Shown here in pieces: positions 62,370 through 64,000 of a stretch of DNA of 64,000 nucleotides; the stretch's first letter is position 1; each line of letters opens with the position of its first letter. This DNA comes from Callorhinchus milii (Eukaryota). The position numbers and the translations under genes are program-made. The DNA lies in the NCBI RefSeq assembly GCF_018977255.1, contig NW_024704746.1:47492001-47556000 (forward strand). Reading direction: 5' to 3'. The notes under the pieces were generated by a model, which was not told the DNA's origin, did no database searches, and worked only from the letters and a program-made list of their open reading frames with translations.

Positions 62370-62735
62370 GCTCAAAGCGCTTCACATGTAAAGTGCAGTG
62401 ATTTGTGTTTTATGAGTAAAGGCAGCAGTCAATTTGCGCACCGCAGTATCCCACAAACAACCGAGAAATTGAATGACCAATTTTTATTTTGGGGGATTGA
62501 TAGCCAGGACACTGAAAGAAACTCCTCTTTTTGAATAATGCCATGGGATCTCTAATGTCCATCGAGATAGGCAGATGGGGTATCAGTTTAAAGTATCATC
62601 TGAACAACGACACCTCCAACAATACAGTATGGCCCACAGCACTGCATTGGGAGTGTCAGCTTTGACTATATTAGTTCCAAGTCCCACGTGGAGTTTGACT
62701 TGGAAGTGAGTGTTACCAACTGAGCCAGGCTGATA
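62370..62735 (-). mobile_element. Old tRNA-derived Deu-domain SINE
   Basis: GGCAGCAGTCAATTTGCGCACCGCAGTATCCCACAAAC...GCCATGGGATCTCTAATGTCCA...CCAACTGAGCCAGGCTGA. Confidence 0.8.
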
Positions 62736-63600
62736 CAATTTAATTCCATATGCACAATTTAAATAATGAAGTTTGATAAATAATGCTCGAGTGAGGCAAT
62801 TGCTTCAGGCTACTTTTCATTTCTCTTAATAATTTTTTAAAATTAGTATTTTGTCTTTACCACAATGTTTTGAAACCTCAATTCATAGTCAAACTACAAC
62901 TGTATAATGTTGAAGTGTGCCAATGGACAAAATAAAAAATGTATGCTAATAACAGCCTACATCTTCCTCTTTGAGAAAAGAAACTCAACAAATATATAGT
63001 TGCAAAAGGCTTCTGAAATATTTCAGTGGAGGATATCCTTGATAAAGAGCAGCATTTTAGTTCCCCCCACCTCACAAGCAGTTTGAATTCCTACTGTGCA
63101 TCACTGTTGCCTGCTCTGGAGATAAGCACTTTGAACACTTAACAAAGGCCAAAAGGCCAGTTTTAGATAAATGGTCTGGTTCAATGAGAAGTGTCCACTG
63201 CAGTTTGTGATGGAAGAAACAATTCACTCCCTCTACATTCATGAATGAGGAATCTCGTAAAACTCACAATACAGTGGCTATCGACCCACAAAATAAAATG
63301 AAAGCTCCGAAACTAAAATAATAATTTATATTTCACAACAACACATTTCCCAAGTGGGGGTGAATTAAAAGCTCTAGTTGCTCCTTTACAGTTAATCTAT
63401 GACTGACAGCCTCTCAAGACTAGGTCACGCCAGTGTTAGTGAGAGTTAAAGAACTGAACCTCAGACCTGTCACTAGGATAACAGAAAACAAGGGCATGTA
63501 GAATTCTCAAAGCAAAATACCTTTGAGAGTAAAATATGTTTGTTTGTTTGTTATGATTGCTGCATTTATATTGGACCCGTATATAATAGTCCTGTATATA

Positions 63601-63917
63601 GTCCTGTAGCTTAGTGGTTACAGCACTCACCTCGCAAGCGAGAGGACCAAGTTTTGATTCCCAGGGATGGGGAAAGGTTGGGCACGTTTCCTTACTCCAA
63701 ATGACTCTTTACCTAGTAGTCTCTTCAATAAAAATAATAATAATTTGCTCACTGAATCATAACTGTTTGTGGGACACTGCTGTGAACAATTGGCTGCCGC
63801 GTTTCACCTACAACATATACAATCAATTTACTTTACAATATATCCTTTGAAGCGCTTTGAGACATTATGAAGACTATTAAGGCACGATGTCAAAAGCAAG
63901 GATTATTATTTATTATT
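63601..63917 (+). mobile_element. Full-length tRNA-derived SINE (older copy)
   Basis: GTCCTGTAGCTTAGTGGTTACAGCACTC head, Deu core and GCAAGGATTATTATT tail. Confidence 0.88.
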
Positions 63918-64000
63918 GGAAAACTGATGGCTGAAGTAGCCCTCTGATACTGTTTGGCATCTTGAATTCTGTCACAACTGGTCGGTCCATTTATTTAATT

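Overview
This is eukaryotic, AT-rich, repeat-dense intronic or intergenic DNA with no recognisable intact protein-coding gene, rRNA, functional tRNA or CRISPR array. The repeat set is typical of cartilaginous fish, most like a chimaera such as Callorhinchus (inference). It includes many 5'-truncated L2 LINEs with (GTT)n tails, CR1 fragments, old Deu-domain SINEs, a young tRNA-Ala-headed SINE with an L2-type tail, and a Penelope terminal-repeat remnant. Nearly all listed ORFs are LINE debris or chance ORFs. The most notable observations are: (i) three copies of a pogo/Tigger-like MITE whose ~57-bp internal repeats carry GGTAAGT splice-donor and NRF1-like motifs; (ii) an old LINE family with a CCHC knuckle, a long conserved 3' UTR and a possible partner SINE; (iii) a Penelope-type hammerhead ribozyme core; (iv) two SINE subfamilies, one sharing a covarying stem-loop with an L2 tail; (v) several inverted templated-insertion or perfect-palindrome scars; and (vi) a few unassigned exon candidates. 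I found no convincing new multi-gene system. Repeat boundaries are approximate.
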